39,078 bases of DNA, from positions 1 to 39,078 of IMG/VR virus record IMGVR_UViG_3300015050_000895; one strand, 5' to 3'. Source of the DNA: a virus. Its lineage: Duplodnaviria > Caudoviricetes. Positions 7,356 to 16,397 of the stretch are shown piece by piece (within the stretch, counting starts at the first letter, position 1; the number at the start of each line of letters is the position of its first letter). A program made the translations under genes and the position numbers. A model generated the notes under the pieces. It did not search any database. It saw only the letters and a program-made list of their open reading frames with translations, and had not been told where the DNA came from.

Positions 7356-8063
7356 ATGACCAAGAAAACCGAAAAAGCCGTCGAAGCATCACCCGTGATC
7401 GTGGCATACAAGGGTTTTGGCCCTGACTGGAAGTGCCGCGATTTCCAGTACGCAGTTGGCGAGAGTTACGAACACAAGGGCAACGTCGGCGCATGCGAGT
7501 CTGGCTTTCACGCCTGCGAATACCCGCTCCACGTTCTGCGCTACTACAAGCCCGGCACGAGCCGTTTCGCGGTGGTTGAGCAGTCCGGAGCCATCTCCCG
7601 TCACGACGAAGACAGCAAAATCGCCAGTTCGCGCATTCTGGTCAAAGCTGAAATCGGTCTGCCCGGCCTCATCAAGGCCGCGGTTGAATACACGATGTCT
7701 CGCTGCACGCCTGCCGAAGGCGCGATCAGCGACAAGGACAACACGGCGGTCAAGGCCGAGGGCAAGAATAGATCAGCCACGGCCAGCGGCGACTACGGTG
7801 CAGCCACGGCCAGCGGCGACTACGGTGCAGCCACGGCCAGCGGCGACTACGGTGCAGCCACGGCCAGCGGCTACTACGGTGCAGCCACGGCCAGCGGCTA
7901 CTACGGTAAGGCGCGTGGCAAGGAGGGTTGCGCCCTGTTCCTGGTATTCCGCGACAGCGACCGCAAGATCGTTCATGCCAAGGGCGCCATTGTTGGACGT
8001 GATGGCATCAAGGCCGATACGTACTACAGGCTGAGCGCTAGCGGCAAATTCGTTGAGGCCTGA
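7356..8063 (+). CDS. Phage protein with AYKGF...ACESGFHACEYP domain and 9-aa ASGDYGAAT repeats
   Basis: Common phage family (C-terminal VGRDGIKADTYYRL); GGAG SD. Confidence 0.9.
   Translation: MTKKTEKAVEASPVIVAYKGFGPDWKCRDFQYAVGESYEHKGNVGACESGFHACEYPLHVLRYYKPGTSRFAVVEQSGAISRHDEDSKIASSRILVKAEIGLPGLIKAAVEYTMSRCTPAEGAISDKDNTAVKAEGKNRSATASGDYGAATASGDYGAATASGDYGAATASGYYGAATASGYYGKARGKEGCALFLVFRDSDRKIVHAKGAIVGRDGIKADTYYRLSASGKFVEA
7774..7907 (+). repeat. 27-bp in-frame tandem repeat x5
   Basis: CAGCCACGGCCAGCGGCKACTACGGTG; three GAC copies then two TAC copies. Confidence 0.95.
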
Positions 8064-8065
8064 CC

Positions 8066-8527
8066 ATGAAACCCCTCCTCGCCATCGCAGCCCTCTGCGC
8101 AGCCACGGCCGCCCAAGCAGAGCCCGGCGACTACCACCTGATTATTCACGGCGCCAGCTACCACACGGTACAGCGCCCGAAAGAGCCGTTTTGGAATCAG
8201 GACAACCCGGGGCTTGGCGTCCGCTACGACAAGTCCGAGGCAACTTCCTTTCAGGCCGGCGTCTACAAAAACAGCTTTTACCGCAAGAGCTTCTACATCG
8301 GGGCCGACTGGGCGCCGCTGGATTTGAAGATCCCGAACATCGGCGACATGCCCATGGGCCGCGCTCAGCTTGGGTTGTTTGCCGGGGTTGCGAGTGGCTA
8401 CGTGGGAAAAGCCGGTATTGCGGCTGGCGGCCTGGCTCGCTGGCAAGGGAAAGACTTCAGTCTCGCCCTGCGCATCGTTCCCGCTAAGTGTTCCATCTTT
8501 GCCCTTGAGCTGGGCTATAGGTTTTAA
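8066..8527 (+). CDS. Outer-membrane beta-barrel, PagP-like lipid A acyltransferase family
   Basis: Signal peptide ending AQA; SYH...WNQDNPGLG; YKNSF; GLFAGVASGY; C-terminal YRF beta-signal. Confidence 0.65.
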   Translation: MKPLLAIAALCAATAAQAEPGDYHLIIHGASYHTVQRPKEPFWNQDNPGLGVRYDKSEATSFQAGVYKNSFYRKSFYIGADWAPLDLKIPNIGDMPMGRAQLGLFAGVASGYVGKAGIAAGGLARWQGKDFSLALRIVPAKCSIFALELGYRF

Positions 8528-8537
8528 GGAGATTTTG

Positions 8538-8891
8538 ATGAGCAAAGAACCAACTTTTGAAGAGGCCATTGTCGCCGCCGCCAAACATAGCATCGTGAAG
8601 CTGTTCAGCGATGGCAACATGATCGCCCCGGACTATGCCAATCGCATAAAAGTCCCGCCTGAGTTGACGCAAAAAGTCTATGACTTGGTTGACTATGAGG
8701 CCGTTCTCGCCATTCTGCGGCCCAAGGTCATCGAAATGGTTGCCGACCGCATCGCCTCTGCACTTTCGCAGGAGCTGACCACGGATGTGAAAAAGGTTCT
8801 TTCGCATGAGCCCACTCGCATGCGGCTGCGCGCTGTCGTTCTCCGGGAAATCGATCTGATTGCTCATCACCCAGCCACAGGTGACGCATGA
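8538..8891 (+). CDS. Hypothetical protein
   Basis: AAGGAG SD then ATG 8538. Confidence 0.75.
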   Translation: MSKEPTFEEAIVAAAKHSIVKLFSDGNMIAPDYANRIKVPPELTQKVYDLVDYEAVLAILRPKVIEMVADRIASALSQELTTDVKKVLSHEPTRMRLRAVVLREIDLIAHHPATGDA

Positions 8892-9004
8892 GCTACCCCA
8901 GAGAACACCACACCACCACCCGCCAGAAGGTGGTGACGGTCCGCAGCAGCCTTTTCTTCGTGGCTGTGTTTGTTGTCTTGCCTTCTTTGGCCTATTTACT
9001 TTGA
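8888..9004 (+). CDS. Small membrane peptide (38 aa)
   Basis: ATGA overlap; MSYPREHHTTTRQKVVTVRSSLFFVAVFVVLPSLAYLL fills the gap between two genes. Confidence 0.5.
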   Translation: MSYPREHHTTTRQKVVTVRSSLFFVAVFVVLPSLAYLL

Positions 9005-9016
9005 GGAGTTACCAAA

Positions 9017-9301
9017 ATGAAGATCACCGTCAATGGCTTTGTCCTCTGGAAGAAAGAAGACTATGAGGACAAGGGCCATTTCTATTTCAAGGACTGGGAA
9101 TATCCAGAGGGTGGCTACGTCACCGTGCAACCTCAGACCATCGAATTCGATGTTCCCGACAACTTCAACCCAATACCCGGGCAACTGGACATCCTGAAAA
9201 CGCAGGAGCAGGAGTTGCGCGCAAAGTTCGCCGACGACATGACGACCATTGAAGAGCGCCGCAGCAAATTGCTCGCAATCGGCAATGAGGTGGTGCTGTG
9301 A
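9017..9301 (+). CDS. Hypothetical protein
   Basis: GAGGAG SD; EFDVPDNFNP...SKLLAI. Confidence 0.8.
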   Translation: MKITVNGFVLWKKEDYEDKGHFYFKDWEYPEGGYVTVQPQTIEFDVPDNFNPIPGQLDILKTQEQELRAKFADDMTTIEERRSKLLAIGNEVVL

Positions 9302-9615
9302 CCTCCCTCTACATCGCCTTAGCCTGCCTAGCCATAGGCATTCCAGCTGTTCTGTACGCCCTCTACCGCAGCAAGCCCATCCCGGAATCCCCGCCCATGC
9401 GCACGGCCGACCAGCGGCAGATCGAGCGCGAGACGGCGGAGATTCAGCGCAATTTCCTGCACACCGAAAACAGCGACGGCAGCAATCCGGGCTATCCCAT
9501 CGACATGCAGCCAGACCGTACAGACAAGTTAATCGGCTGGCTTCAGCGCTGGTTCAGTCGGATTGGCATAGCCTGCGCTGCTATTGCGGCTATCTATGTG
9601 GTGGTGCCGAAATGA
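9298..9615 (+). CDS. Hypothetical membrane protein
   Basis: GTGA overlap; hydrophobic N- and C-terminal segments. Confidence 0.65.
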   Translation: MTSLYIALACLAIGIPAVLYALYRSKPIPESPPMRTADQRQIERETAEIQRNFLHTENSDGSNPGYPIDMQPDRTDKLIGWLQRWFSRIGIACAAIAAIYVVVPK

Positions 9616-10016
9616 GCGACAACCTTATCCCGTCGCCAGAACATTTCGTGTTGATGCGCAACGCGCTGGATCACATCGCACGCACTGCCCGCAAGAGCCG
9701 AACCTCTACAAGGCGCTTGCGCTGGATCGAGAAGCGCGCCGAGCTGGCCGCTGCCGGTGGGCCGTATTCTCAGGAGGCATTTGACTTGCCCCGCATTGTT
9801 GATCCGGATTCTGAAACAGCATTACAGGCGCGTCAACGTGCGGCGCACGCGGAATCTGAGCGTGATGAGTTGGTTCAGGCGGCAATCGCGGTTGAGTCGT
9901 GGTGGCAGGAATTCGGCGCCGCGCAACCATATAGCGCCGCTATCGAAAACGCTGAGTGGGGCGTTTTCCAGAAGTTGCGCGTTGCTGTTTCCAAAGCCAC
10001 AGGAGCCACACCATGA
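9612..10016 (+). CDS. Hypothetical protein
   Basis: ATGA overlap at 9612; ends KATGATP. Confidence 0.7.
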   Translation: MSDNLIPSPEHFVLMRNALDHIARTARKSRTSTRRLRWIEKRAELAAAGGPYSQEAFDLPRIVDPDSETALQARQRAAHAESERDELVQAAIAVESWWQEFGAAQPYSAAIENAEWGVFQKLRVAVSKATGATP

Positions 10017-10309
10017 GCGCCGTACTCACCTCCACCCGCTTCACGCCAGATGGCAAGTACGACGTGACGGCAGGTCAAGAACGCATCGCCGCGGAACGTC
10101 GCCAGTGGCTGGACCGCACCGACAGGGTGAACAAAGCCCTCAAGATTTTGCGAGAAGACGTAATCACCGAGGGTGACGCCGTCATGTGCCTGCATGCGCT
10201 TTCCGCTGGGCTGATGACCACGAAGCCGCTTGCTGGAAGTGACATTTTGGACAGTGTCGAGAGGATTGACGCCGTCGCCGACGAGATTCAATGGAGGTAT
10301 GAGCCGTGA
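10013..10309 (+). CDS. Hypothetical protein
   Basis: AGGAG SD; ATGA overlap. Confidence 0.7.
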   Translation: MSAVLTSTRFTPDGKYDVTAGQERIAAERRQWLDRTDRVNKALKILREDVITEGDAVMCLHALSAGLMTTKPLAGSDILDSVERIDAVADEIQWRYEP

Positions 10310-11295
10310 GCAATATTGCGATTATTCAAGAGGACATCTATTCGACCCGGGAGCGGTTCGAGAAGATGTCAGGCGGCGCGCTGAGCTTTGAGCGTGAAGC
10401 CGGCTTTGCCATCCAGATCGTTGCCGCCAATGACTACAGCATGCGCATCGCCATGGACAACCGGCAGTCCGTCATCAATGCCGTGACGAACGTAGCGGCC
10501 ATCGGAATCAGCCTGAATCCCGCCAAGCGTCAGGCCTACTTGGTCCCCCGTGACGGCAAGATTTGCTTGGACATTTCCTACATGGGCCTGCTGGATCTGG
10601 CTATCCAGTCCGGTTCCATCATGTGGGGGCAGTCGGAGCTGGTCTACGACAAAGACCGCTTTGAACTGCAAGGCTTTGACAAGCCGCCACTGCATAACCG
10701 TGACCCGTTCGCGAAAGACAGGGGCGACATCACGGGCGTCTACGTGGTGGTTAAAACCCGCGATGGCGACTATCTCACCACTTGCATGAGCATCGATGAG
10801 GTTTTCGACATCCGCAACCGGTCCAGCGCATGGAAGGCATGGGTTGAGAAAAAGAAGCGCTGCCCATGGCTGACCGACGAAGGCGAAATGATCAAGAAAA
10901 CGGTGATCAAGCGCGCCTACAAGCTGTGGCCCAAAACCGACCGCCTGGACAGCGCCGTGCATTTCCTCAACACCGAAGGCGGCGAGGGTTTGGACGACAT
11001 TTCCAAGCCGGAAGCATCCACCTCGTTCAGAAGCTCCCCGACCATGGGGGCTATGGCAGACATGGACATCGAAGTCCAGAACGTGCTGCGCGACTTGGCC
11101 CGCGAAGTTACCGACATTTTCAACTCGGAAGACAGCGGCGCCTCGATTGCCTTTGACCGGATCGAGGCAGACAAGCTGGACTCTGACCAAAAGGTAGCGC
11201 TGTGGTCGTGCCTGCCTTCCAACGTGCGCACCGGCCTGAAAAAAGAGGGCGATGCACGGCGCGCCGCCGCCAAACCAGAAACAGCAAAGGCTTAA
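10306..11295 (+). CDS. recT: RecT-family single-strand annealing protein
   Basis: AAIGISLNPAKRQAYLVPR...ISYMGLLDLA...PW...EMIKKTVIKRAYKLWP. Confidence 0.9.
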   Translation: MSNIAIIQEDIYSTRERFEKMSGGALSFEREAGFAIQIVAANDYSMRIAMDNRQSVINAVTNVAAIGISLNPAKRQAYLVPRDGKICLDISYMGLLDLAIQSGSIMWGQSELVYDKDRFELQGFDKPPLHNRDPFAKDRGDITGVYVVVKTRDGDYLTTCMSIDEVFDIRNRSSAWKAWVEKKKRCPWLTDEGEMIKKTVIKRAYKLWPKTDRLDSAVHFLNTEGGEGLDDISKPEASTSFRSSPTMGAMADMDIEVQNVLRDLAREVTDIFNSEDSGASIAFDRIEADKLDSDQKVALWSCLPSNVRTGLKKEGDARRAAAKPETAKA

Positions 11296-11298
11296 ACC

Positions 11299-11745
11299 AT
11301 GGCATCCGTCAACAAAGTCCAGCTTATCGGCAACCTCGGGCGTGACCCGGAAATGCGCTCTTTCCCCAGCGGGGACCAGGTCGCCAGCGTGACCATTGCC
11401 ACGACTGAGAAATGGAAAGACAAACAGTCGGGCGAAATGAAAGAAGCGACGGAATGGCACCGTGTGCAGTTTTTCGGCAAGCTGGCCGAGGTGGCTGGGA
11501 AATACCTGCTCAAGGGCTCGCAGGTCTATGTCGAAGGTTCCTTGCGCACTCGCAAATGGACCGACAAAGACGGGGTTGAAAAATACTCCGCTGAAATCCG
11601 CGCCGACCACATGCTTATGTTGGGCAGCAAGCCCGATAGCGCGACGGCTCCTCGTGCCGCCAAGCCCGCGGCAAAGTCAGCGGCTGAAACGCCGTCACCG
11701 AAAGCCTCGGGGTTCGATGACATGGACGATGACATTCCGTTTTGA
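11299..11745 (+). CDS. ssb: Single-stranded DNA-binding protein
   Basis: [18 protein letters not shown]...TEWHRV...DDDIPF. Confidence 0.98.
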   Translation: MASVNKVQLIGNLGRDPEMRSFPSGDQVASVTIATTEKWKDKQSGEMKEATEWHRVQFFGKLAEVAGKYLLKGSQVYVEGSLRTRKWTDKDGVEKYSAEIRADHMLMLGSKPDSATAPRAAKPAAKSAAETPSPKASGFDDMDDDIPF

Positions 11746-11793
11746 CACCTACCCATCAACAAAGAACTAACACCGGAACATAAGGGGGTTGAG

Positions 11794-12045
11794 ATGACAA
11801 AAGATGAGGTTTTGATGAAGTACGGCGATGTGCCGCTCAAGTTTGATCGCTATTACAAGTACACATTCTCGTTTTCCGGCATCGCCTCGGATGGTGCGGT
11901 GATTTCGCTGTGGTACGGCGGCGATCACAACGACATTTACCGGTTCTCCGTGGACAAAGACACAGTCATGACCCTGAAAGAGGAATACAAGGAGGCCACC
12001 GTTTACAAAGACGGTGCCGGACTGTGGAGCGACTATGTCTACTAA
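11794..12045 (+). CDS. Hypothetical protein
   Basis: YGDVPLKFDRYYKYTFSF; SD-like GGGG upstream. Confidence 0.75.
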   Translation: MTKDEVLMKYGDVPLKFDRYYKYTFSFSGIASDGAVISLWYGGDHNDIYRFSVDKDTVMTLKEEYKEATVYKDGAGLWSDYVY

Positions 12046-12580
12046 CGCCACCCCTCAATCCCCCGCCATGGTAGAGGTAGACAGCCTCACGGTCATCGAT
12101 GCGATCAGGCAAGCCCTAGCGGCCGCCCCCACCGATGGCAACTGGGAGCTTTGCTATCTCGACACGCCGCTGCAAGAAATCGGTGCCTATGTGCAGAAAT
12201 GCGTGGAGGCATCCGGTGGCGATAAATACCACTTCATTCGAGCTGTGCGAGAAGATGGCGTGCCCGTTGACATCGCCCACTATGGGAATGGCCCAACGAG
12301 CAACGTAAACGGCCACTGGGCCTGCGTGACTCGCCCAGCCGCTATCCGTGCCGTGCTTGCCGAATTTGACGCCCAGCTAGCAGCCGAGCGGGCTGAGGTA
12401 GAGCGGCTGCGCGAGGCGCTGGAAGAAATAGCGCTTGCTGGCATGTCGCCATCTCCGGAAATGTCGGAGAACGGCGTAGAGGCGTGGCACGCCAGAAGGG
12501 CTTGGGAATTCATCGGCATCGCAGCCCGGGCAATTTCGCCCGCCGCTCTCGCTACACCCACTCAAGGAGAAACATCATGA
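12035..12580 (+). CDS. Ead/Ea22-like protein
   Basis: ALAAAPTDGNW...PAAIRAVLAE...EVERLREALEEIA pattern; GGAG SD before ATG 12035. Confidence 0.65.
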   Translation: MSTNATPQSPAMVEVDSLTVIDAIRQALAAAPTDGNWELCYLDTPLQEIGAYVQKCVEASGGDKYHFIRAVREDGVPVDIAHYGNGPTSNVNGHWACVTRPAAIRAVLAEFDAQLAAERAEVERLREALEEIALAGMSPSPEMSENGVEAWHARRAWEFIGIAARAISPAALATPTQGETS

Positions 12581-12852
12581 CCGCAACTGACATGCCCGGA
12601 TTTGCCAGCGCCCAGCGGGAATGGGAAGCCATGGAGCCGCCCGATGGCGGTGTGTGCGAGTGCCCCGACTGCAATGGCAAGGGCGAGCTTCCAGACCCTG
12701 CCGACGAGGACGCCGACTATGTCCAGTGCGAGACATGCGAAGGCTTTGGGCTGCTCACAGCTCGCGGCGACCCATACGACCCCGGCGAGGCCGAGCGTCT
12801 GGAATGTGAAGCCGCTGACCGCAAGCGCGACGACCACAACTTTGGAGACTGA
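12577..12852 (+). CDS. Small protein with DnaJ-type CxxCxGxG zinc finger
   Basis: CPDCNGKG and CETCEGFG; AAGGAG SD. Confidence 0.75.
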   Translation: MTATDMPGFASAQREWEAMEPPDGGVCECPDCNGKGELPDPADEDADYVQCETCEGFGLLTARGDPYDPGEAERLECEAADRKRDDHNFGD

Positions 12853-12853
12853 T

Positions 12854-13471
12854 ATGACCAACCCCCAAACAGCAGCGCCAGGTGTGGCGGTAGAGCGCCT
12901 GATGAAAATGGCGGACGACTACGCCAACGCCGCCGCGCAGGTTTCGCTGGACAAGTTCGTCAACAAGATAGACGACGCTCCGACCCGCGCCACGCAGCTT
13001 TCCCGCTACGCCGAGCTTGAATCCGCCCTCCTCACCGCCCTTCTGGCAGGTGCTGCGGGTGGGCAGCCGGTGGCATGGCGCATGGTGAATGCGCATCACG
13101 ACATCAGCACAGACGCTGCGGCCGCTGAACATCCGATGCGCGAGCCTCTCTACGCCCACCCACCAGTTCCAGTGCGTGCGCCACAAGAGCCCGACATGCG
13201 CGCAATTTGCGAGACGCTGGGCTTCGACCCGACCAACCACCACAACGCTGCCAAGTGCCCTTATTGCCGCCCAGCCAGCGGGGAGGTGCAGGTGGATGCG
13301 GCGCGGCTGGACTGGCTGCAACAGCGCGGCGCGACAGTGTCCATTGTTCCAGGGGACGGAAGTGGTTTTGCGTTTCTAGTCGCTGGGCTGTATGCCTCGG
13401 CGCACCCTGACCTACGCGCCGCCATAGACGACGCCATGGCCCACCAAGCTGGCGTGAGTGGGGGTGCCTGA
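12854..13471 (+). CDS. Hypothetical modular protein (PVAW/PLY, DAARLDWL modules)
   Basis: GGAG SD then ATG 12854. Confidence 0.7.
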   Translation: MTNPQTAAPGVAVERLMKMADDYANAAAQVSLDKFVNKIDDAPTRATQLSRYAELESALLTALLAGAAGGQPVAWRMVNAHHDISTDAAAAEHPMREPLYAHPPVPVRAPQEPDMRAICETLGFDPTNHHNAAKCPYCRPASGEVQVDAARLDWLQQRGATVSIVPGDGSGFAFLVAGLYASAHPDLRAAIDDAMAHQAGVSGGA

Positions 13472-13472
13472 G

Positions 13473-14243
13473 ATGGACGAGGTTGTAATCGGCGGACAAA
13501 CCATGCTTCTGGGTGATTGCCTGCAGGTCATGAAGGGCATCCAGGATCAAAGCATTGACCTGGTGCTGGCCGACTTGCCCTACGGAACTACCCGAAACAA
13601 ATGGGACAGCGTGATTCCGTTGGAGCCGCTGTGGCGCGAATACCTGCGCGTGTGCCGGGGCGCGTTCGTCCTGACTGCCCAGACGCCGTTTGACAAGGTG
13701 CTAGGAGCGTCAAACCTGCCGATGCTGCGTTATGAATGGATCTGGGAGAAATCACACCCCACGGGGCACCTGAATGCCAAGAAGGCCCCCATGAAGGCCC
13801 ATGAAAACGTGCTGGTGTTCTCGCGCAAGCAGACGGTCTACAACCCGATCAAGACCAGCGGACACACCAGGAAGACCGCCACGAAGCGCCGGGATGCTAC
13901 GCCAACCTACGGCGCGCAGACGTTCGATGAATTGCCCTACGACTCCACCGAGCGCTACCCGCGCAGCGTGTTGAAGTTTCCCAGCGACAAACAGCAATCC
14001 AGCCTGCACCCAACACAAAAGCCCGTGGCGCTGATGCGGTACATGGTGCAGACCTACAGCCATCCCGGGCAAACCGTGTTGGACAACTGTTTCGGCTCCG
14101 CCACCTTGGCAATAGCCTGCCTTGAGACTGGGCGACGGTCTATCAACATCGAACTGGAGCCCGCTTACTTTGACATCGGCTGCAGGCGCGCTTACCAATG
14201 GCTCGAAGACAACAAACAAGCTCAACTTTTGGAGGCCGCATGA
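13473..14243 (+). CDS. Orphan DNA methyltransferase (N4-C/N6-A, beta class)
   Basis: GDCL...DLVLADLPYG (motif IV), HPTQKPVALM, VLDNCFGSAT (motif I). Confidence 0.95.
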   Translation: MDEVVIGGQTMLLGDCLQVMKGIQDQSIDLVLADLPYGTTRNKWDSVIPLEPLWREYLRVCRGAFVLTAQTPFDKVLGASNLPMLRYEWIWEKSHPTGHLNAKKAPMKAHENVLVFSRKQTVYNPIKTSGHTRKTATKRRDATPTYGAQTFDELPYDSTERYPRSVLKFPSDKQQSSLHPTQKPVALMRYMVQTYSHPGQTVLDNCFGSATLAIACLETGRRSINIELEPAYFDIGCRRAYQWLEDNKQAQLLEAA

Positions 14244-14391
14244 CCGCACCATCACCGCCCAAAGCGTTGCCTCGCGCCGTCCCCATCTACGGCATGTTTG
14301 CGCTGCCCAGGGGTCGCCTGTTCAAGGTCTGCGCCGAACCATGCATGTTCGCCCCGGGCTATCTTCAATCTCACAAACCAAGGTGGCCGAA

Positions 14392-15255
14392 ATGACCAAC
14401 TCAACACCCCAGACACCAGCCCAACGGACGTTTGCAGAAGCCGATGCTTTGGCGGCGATTGTCCTACCGCCGCATGAGCCGACCATCGGTATTGAGGAGC
14501 TGCTTGAAGATTACGAAGAAGAAGACCGAGAACTAGCGCTGGAAACCATTTTCGCCTATGCCGACATTCACGCCCGTGCCGCCCTCGCCGCTCAGCCTCC
14601 AGCAGTAGCAGCGATACCCGAGGGGATGGCGCTTGTGCCGATTGAGCCAACGCCGGAGATAGCGCTCTTGCTCACCGGATACAACCTTGCCGACAGTGGC
14701 TTATCGAAGAACGACCGGCGGGAAATAAAGGAACGGGCACGCCGTCAATGGAGTAATTTGCTCGCTGTCGCCGCTCCCCAGCCACCCGCAGGACAGCAGG
14801 ACAGGGGTGAGGCGAAGATTCGCGTGGCAAGTTGGGGAAATTGCCCGGCGTGCCACCACGACCGCATCCCCGGCGAGGCCTGCGCCAGAAAAGACTGCCC
14901 TGACCGGCCCGCTACCGCTGGTGAGGCTACAGCAGCACAAGGGGCGCCGAGCTGGATGGAAAAGGCCGCCGATGAAGTGCAGGAGCCGGCGCCTTTTTGT
15001 TTTTACGAATCGGTGTCGCTCAAGAACTTCGAAAGTCGCGGCCATATGCCTGTTTACAAGGACCGGCTTGAGGCTGGAATCCCCCTCTACGCTGCACCTG
15101 TACGGGGACTGCCGTTGACGGAGGAGCGGATAGAAGACATCTGCCGCGTTCATGCTGTGCAGATGGCCGAAAAGGCGCCGGGGGGAACTTGGGGCCGAAG
15201 CATTGCTTTCGCCCGCGCCGTCGAGGCCGCCCACGGTATCAAGGAGGGCTCATGA
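14392..15255 (+). CDS. Hypothetical modular protein
   Basis: IPEGMALVPIEPT and PLTEERI...FARAVEAAHGI modules; ATGA overlaps. Confidence 0.7.
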   Translation: MTNSTPQTPAQRTFAEADALAAIVLPPHEPTIGIEELLEDYEEEDRELALETIFAYADIHARAALAAQPPAVAAIPEGMALVPIEPTPEIALLLTGYNLADSGLSKNDRREIKERARRQWSNLLAVAAPQPPAGQQDRGEAKIRVASWGNCPACHHDRIPGEACARKDCPDRPATAGEATAAQGAPSWMEKAADEVQEPAPFCFYESVSLKNFESRGHMPVYKDRLEAGIPLYAAPVRGLPLTEERIEDICRVHAVQMAEKAPGGTWGRSIAFARAVEAAHGIKEGS

Positions 15256-15503
15256 GCTACACCACTGCCACTACTGGCCCAGCCACCACCCTGAAGCTAG
15301 CAGACCTTGAAAAAGCGGTCGAAAAGCTGCGCGGAATTCCACCAAGCAAGTGGCTGCTGGTATCGCCCGAGGGCCACGTCTGGACCGACGAAGACCCGAT
15401 GGTATTGGCCCGGGTACTCGCAATGCGCAAGTTCGGCTGGCCCAACCCCGTTAGCGGTATCAGCTGTTCTGCCCCTGGTGGGGATGGGGAGAAACCGAGG
15501 TGA
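15252..15503 (+). CDS. Hypothetical protein
   Basis: AAGGAGG SD; WLLVSPEGHVW. Confidence 0.7.
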   Translation: MSYTTATTGPATTLKLADLEKAVEKLRGIPPSKWLLVSPEGHVWTDEDPMVLARVLAMRKFGWPNPVSGISCSAPGGDGEKPR

Positions 15504-15994
15504 GCGCGATTATCAGCCCATGCGGGCTCTACCGCTACCGCCTTGAGCGCACTGTCGCAATGGAAGGCCCGGTCTATGCCTTCTTCGGCATCAACCCGAG
15601 CACGGCCGACGCATCCATCGATGACCAGACCGTGAAGAAATGGATCGGCTTCACGAAGGTCTGGGGCGGTAGCCGCTTCATGGCCGGCAACGTCTGGCCG
15701 CTACGTTCCAAGGATGTCAAGGCGCTTGCTGGAGCCACGCGCTGGCTCGACATTGGCCGGGAAAACCAGCGCCACATCCTCGCCATGGCCAGCGAGGCCG
15801 ACATCCTGGTGCCGTGCTGGGGCGACAGAGGCAAAGTGCCGCGCTCCATGCACAACGAGATTGACGAGCTGCTTTCGCTTCTCCGCGGCACCGGCAAGCC
15901 AGTCATGGCTTTTGGCATCACCAAGGGCGGCGACCCGATGCACCCGCAGATGCTGGGCTACGCCACCAAGCTGATCGACTGGAGCGCCCCATGA
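15500..15994 (+). CDS. DUF1643 family protein
   Basis: SPCGLYRYRL...GINPSTADASIDDQT...WG...TKGGDPMHP. Confidence 0.9.
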   Translation: MSAIISPCGLYRYRLERTVAMEGPVYAFFGINPSTADASIDDQTVKKWIGFTKVWGGSRFMAGNVWPLRSKDVKALAGATRWLDIGRENQRHILAMASEADILVPCWGDRGKVPRSMHNEIDELLSLLRGTGKPVMAFGITKGGDPMHPQMLGYATKLIDWSAP

Positions 15995-16167
15995 CCCTCC
16001 CCGCCCTAAAAGCCGCAGCATCCTCCCTCTACCGGGAGTTTTTCGCAGGACTGCCTCTGTGGCGCCAATTTCTGCTTGCCGCTGCCCTGGTACTGCTTTG
16101 CATTGCCCTTGGGCTCTGCTTATTGGGGTTTTTGGCTGTTGAGTGGATCAGGGGGAGGGAGTCGTGA
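15991..16167 (+). CDS. Small membrane protein (58 aa), not in the ORF track
   Basis: Overlaps neighbours at both ends (ATGA/GTGA); hydrophobic FLLAAALVLLCIALGLCLLGFLAVEW. Confidence 0.55.
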   Translation: MTLPALKAAASSLYREFFAGLPLWRQFLLAAALVLLCIALGLCLLGFLAVEWIRGRES

Positions 16168-16397
16168 GCGAAGCTGCATTACTTGAACGACTGGACCAGC
16201 TTACCAGCGCCTTCCTGCTGCTGGCCAGGAACACCGGCGCCAGGCTGAGCCGGGCCGACATGTGCGCGCGGTACGGCATCTGCAGCAAGACCCTGACCGA
16301 GCGCGTGCGCGCCGGCAAGCTGCCAACGCCCGGCGCCGACGGCAAATGGTTGCTATCCGAGGTGGTAGAGCGCGAGGCCCTGAAAACGCCTACTTGA
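16164..16397 (+). CDS. xis: Excisionase / AlpA-like HTH protein
   Basis: LSRADMCARYGICSKTLTERVRAGKLPTP...KWLLSEV; last gene of the early operon, convergent on int. Confidence 0.8.
   Translation: MSEAALLERLDQLTSAFLLLARNTGARLSRADMCARYGICSKTLTERVRAGKLPTPGADGKWLLSEVVEREALKTPT

Noticed and set aside
7774-7907. Possible CRISPR array
   Set aside because: Units are contiguous with no spacers, in frame within a CDS, and no cas genes are present
10369-11610. Long antisense ORFs (also 27009..28088, 29606..30718, 32901..33749)
   Set aside because: Shadow frames of well-supported GC-rich genes on the opposite strand
13473-14243. Restriction-modification system
   Set aside because: No cognate endonuclease recognised nearby; orphan methyltransferases are routine in temperate phages
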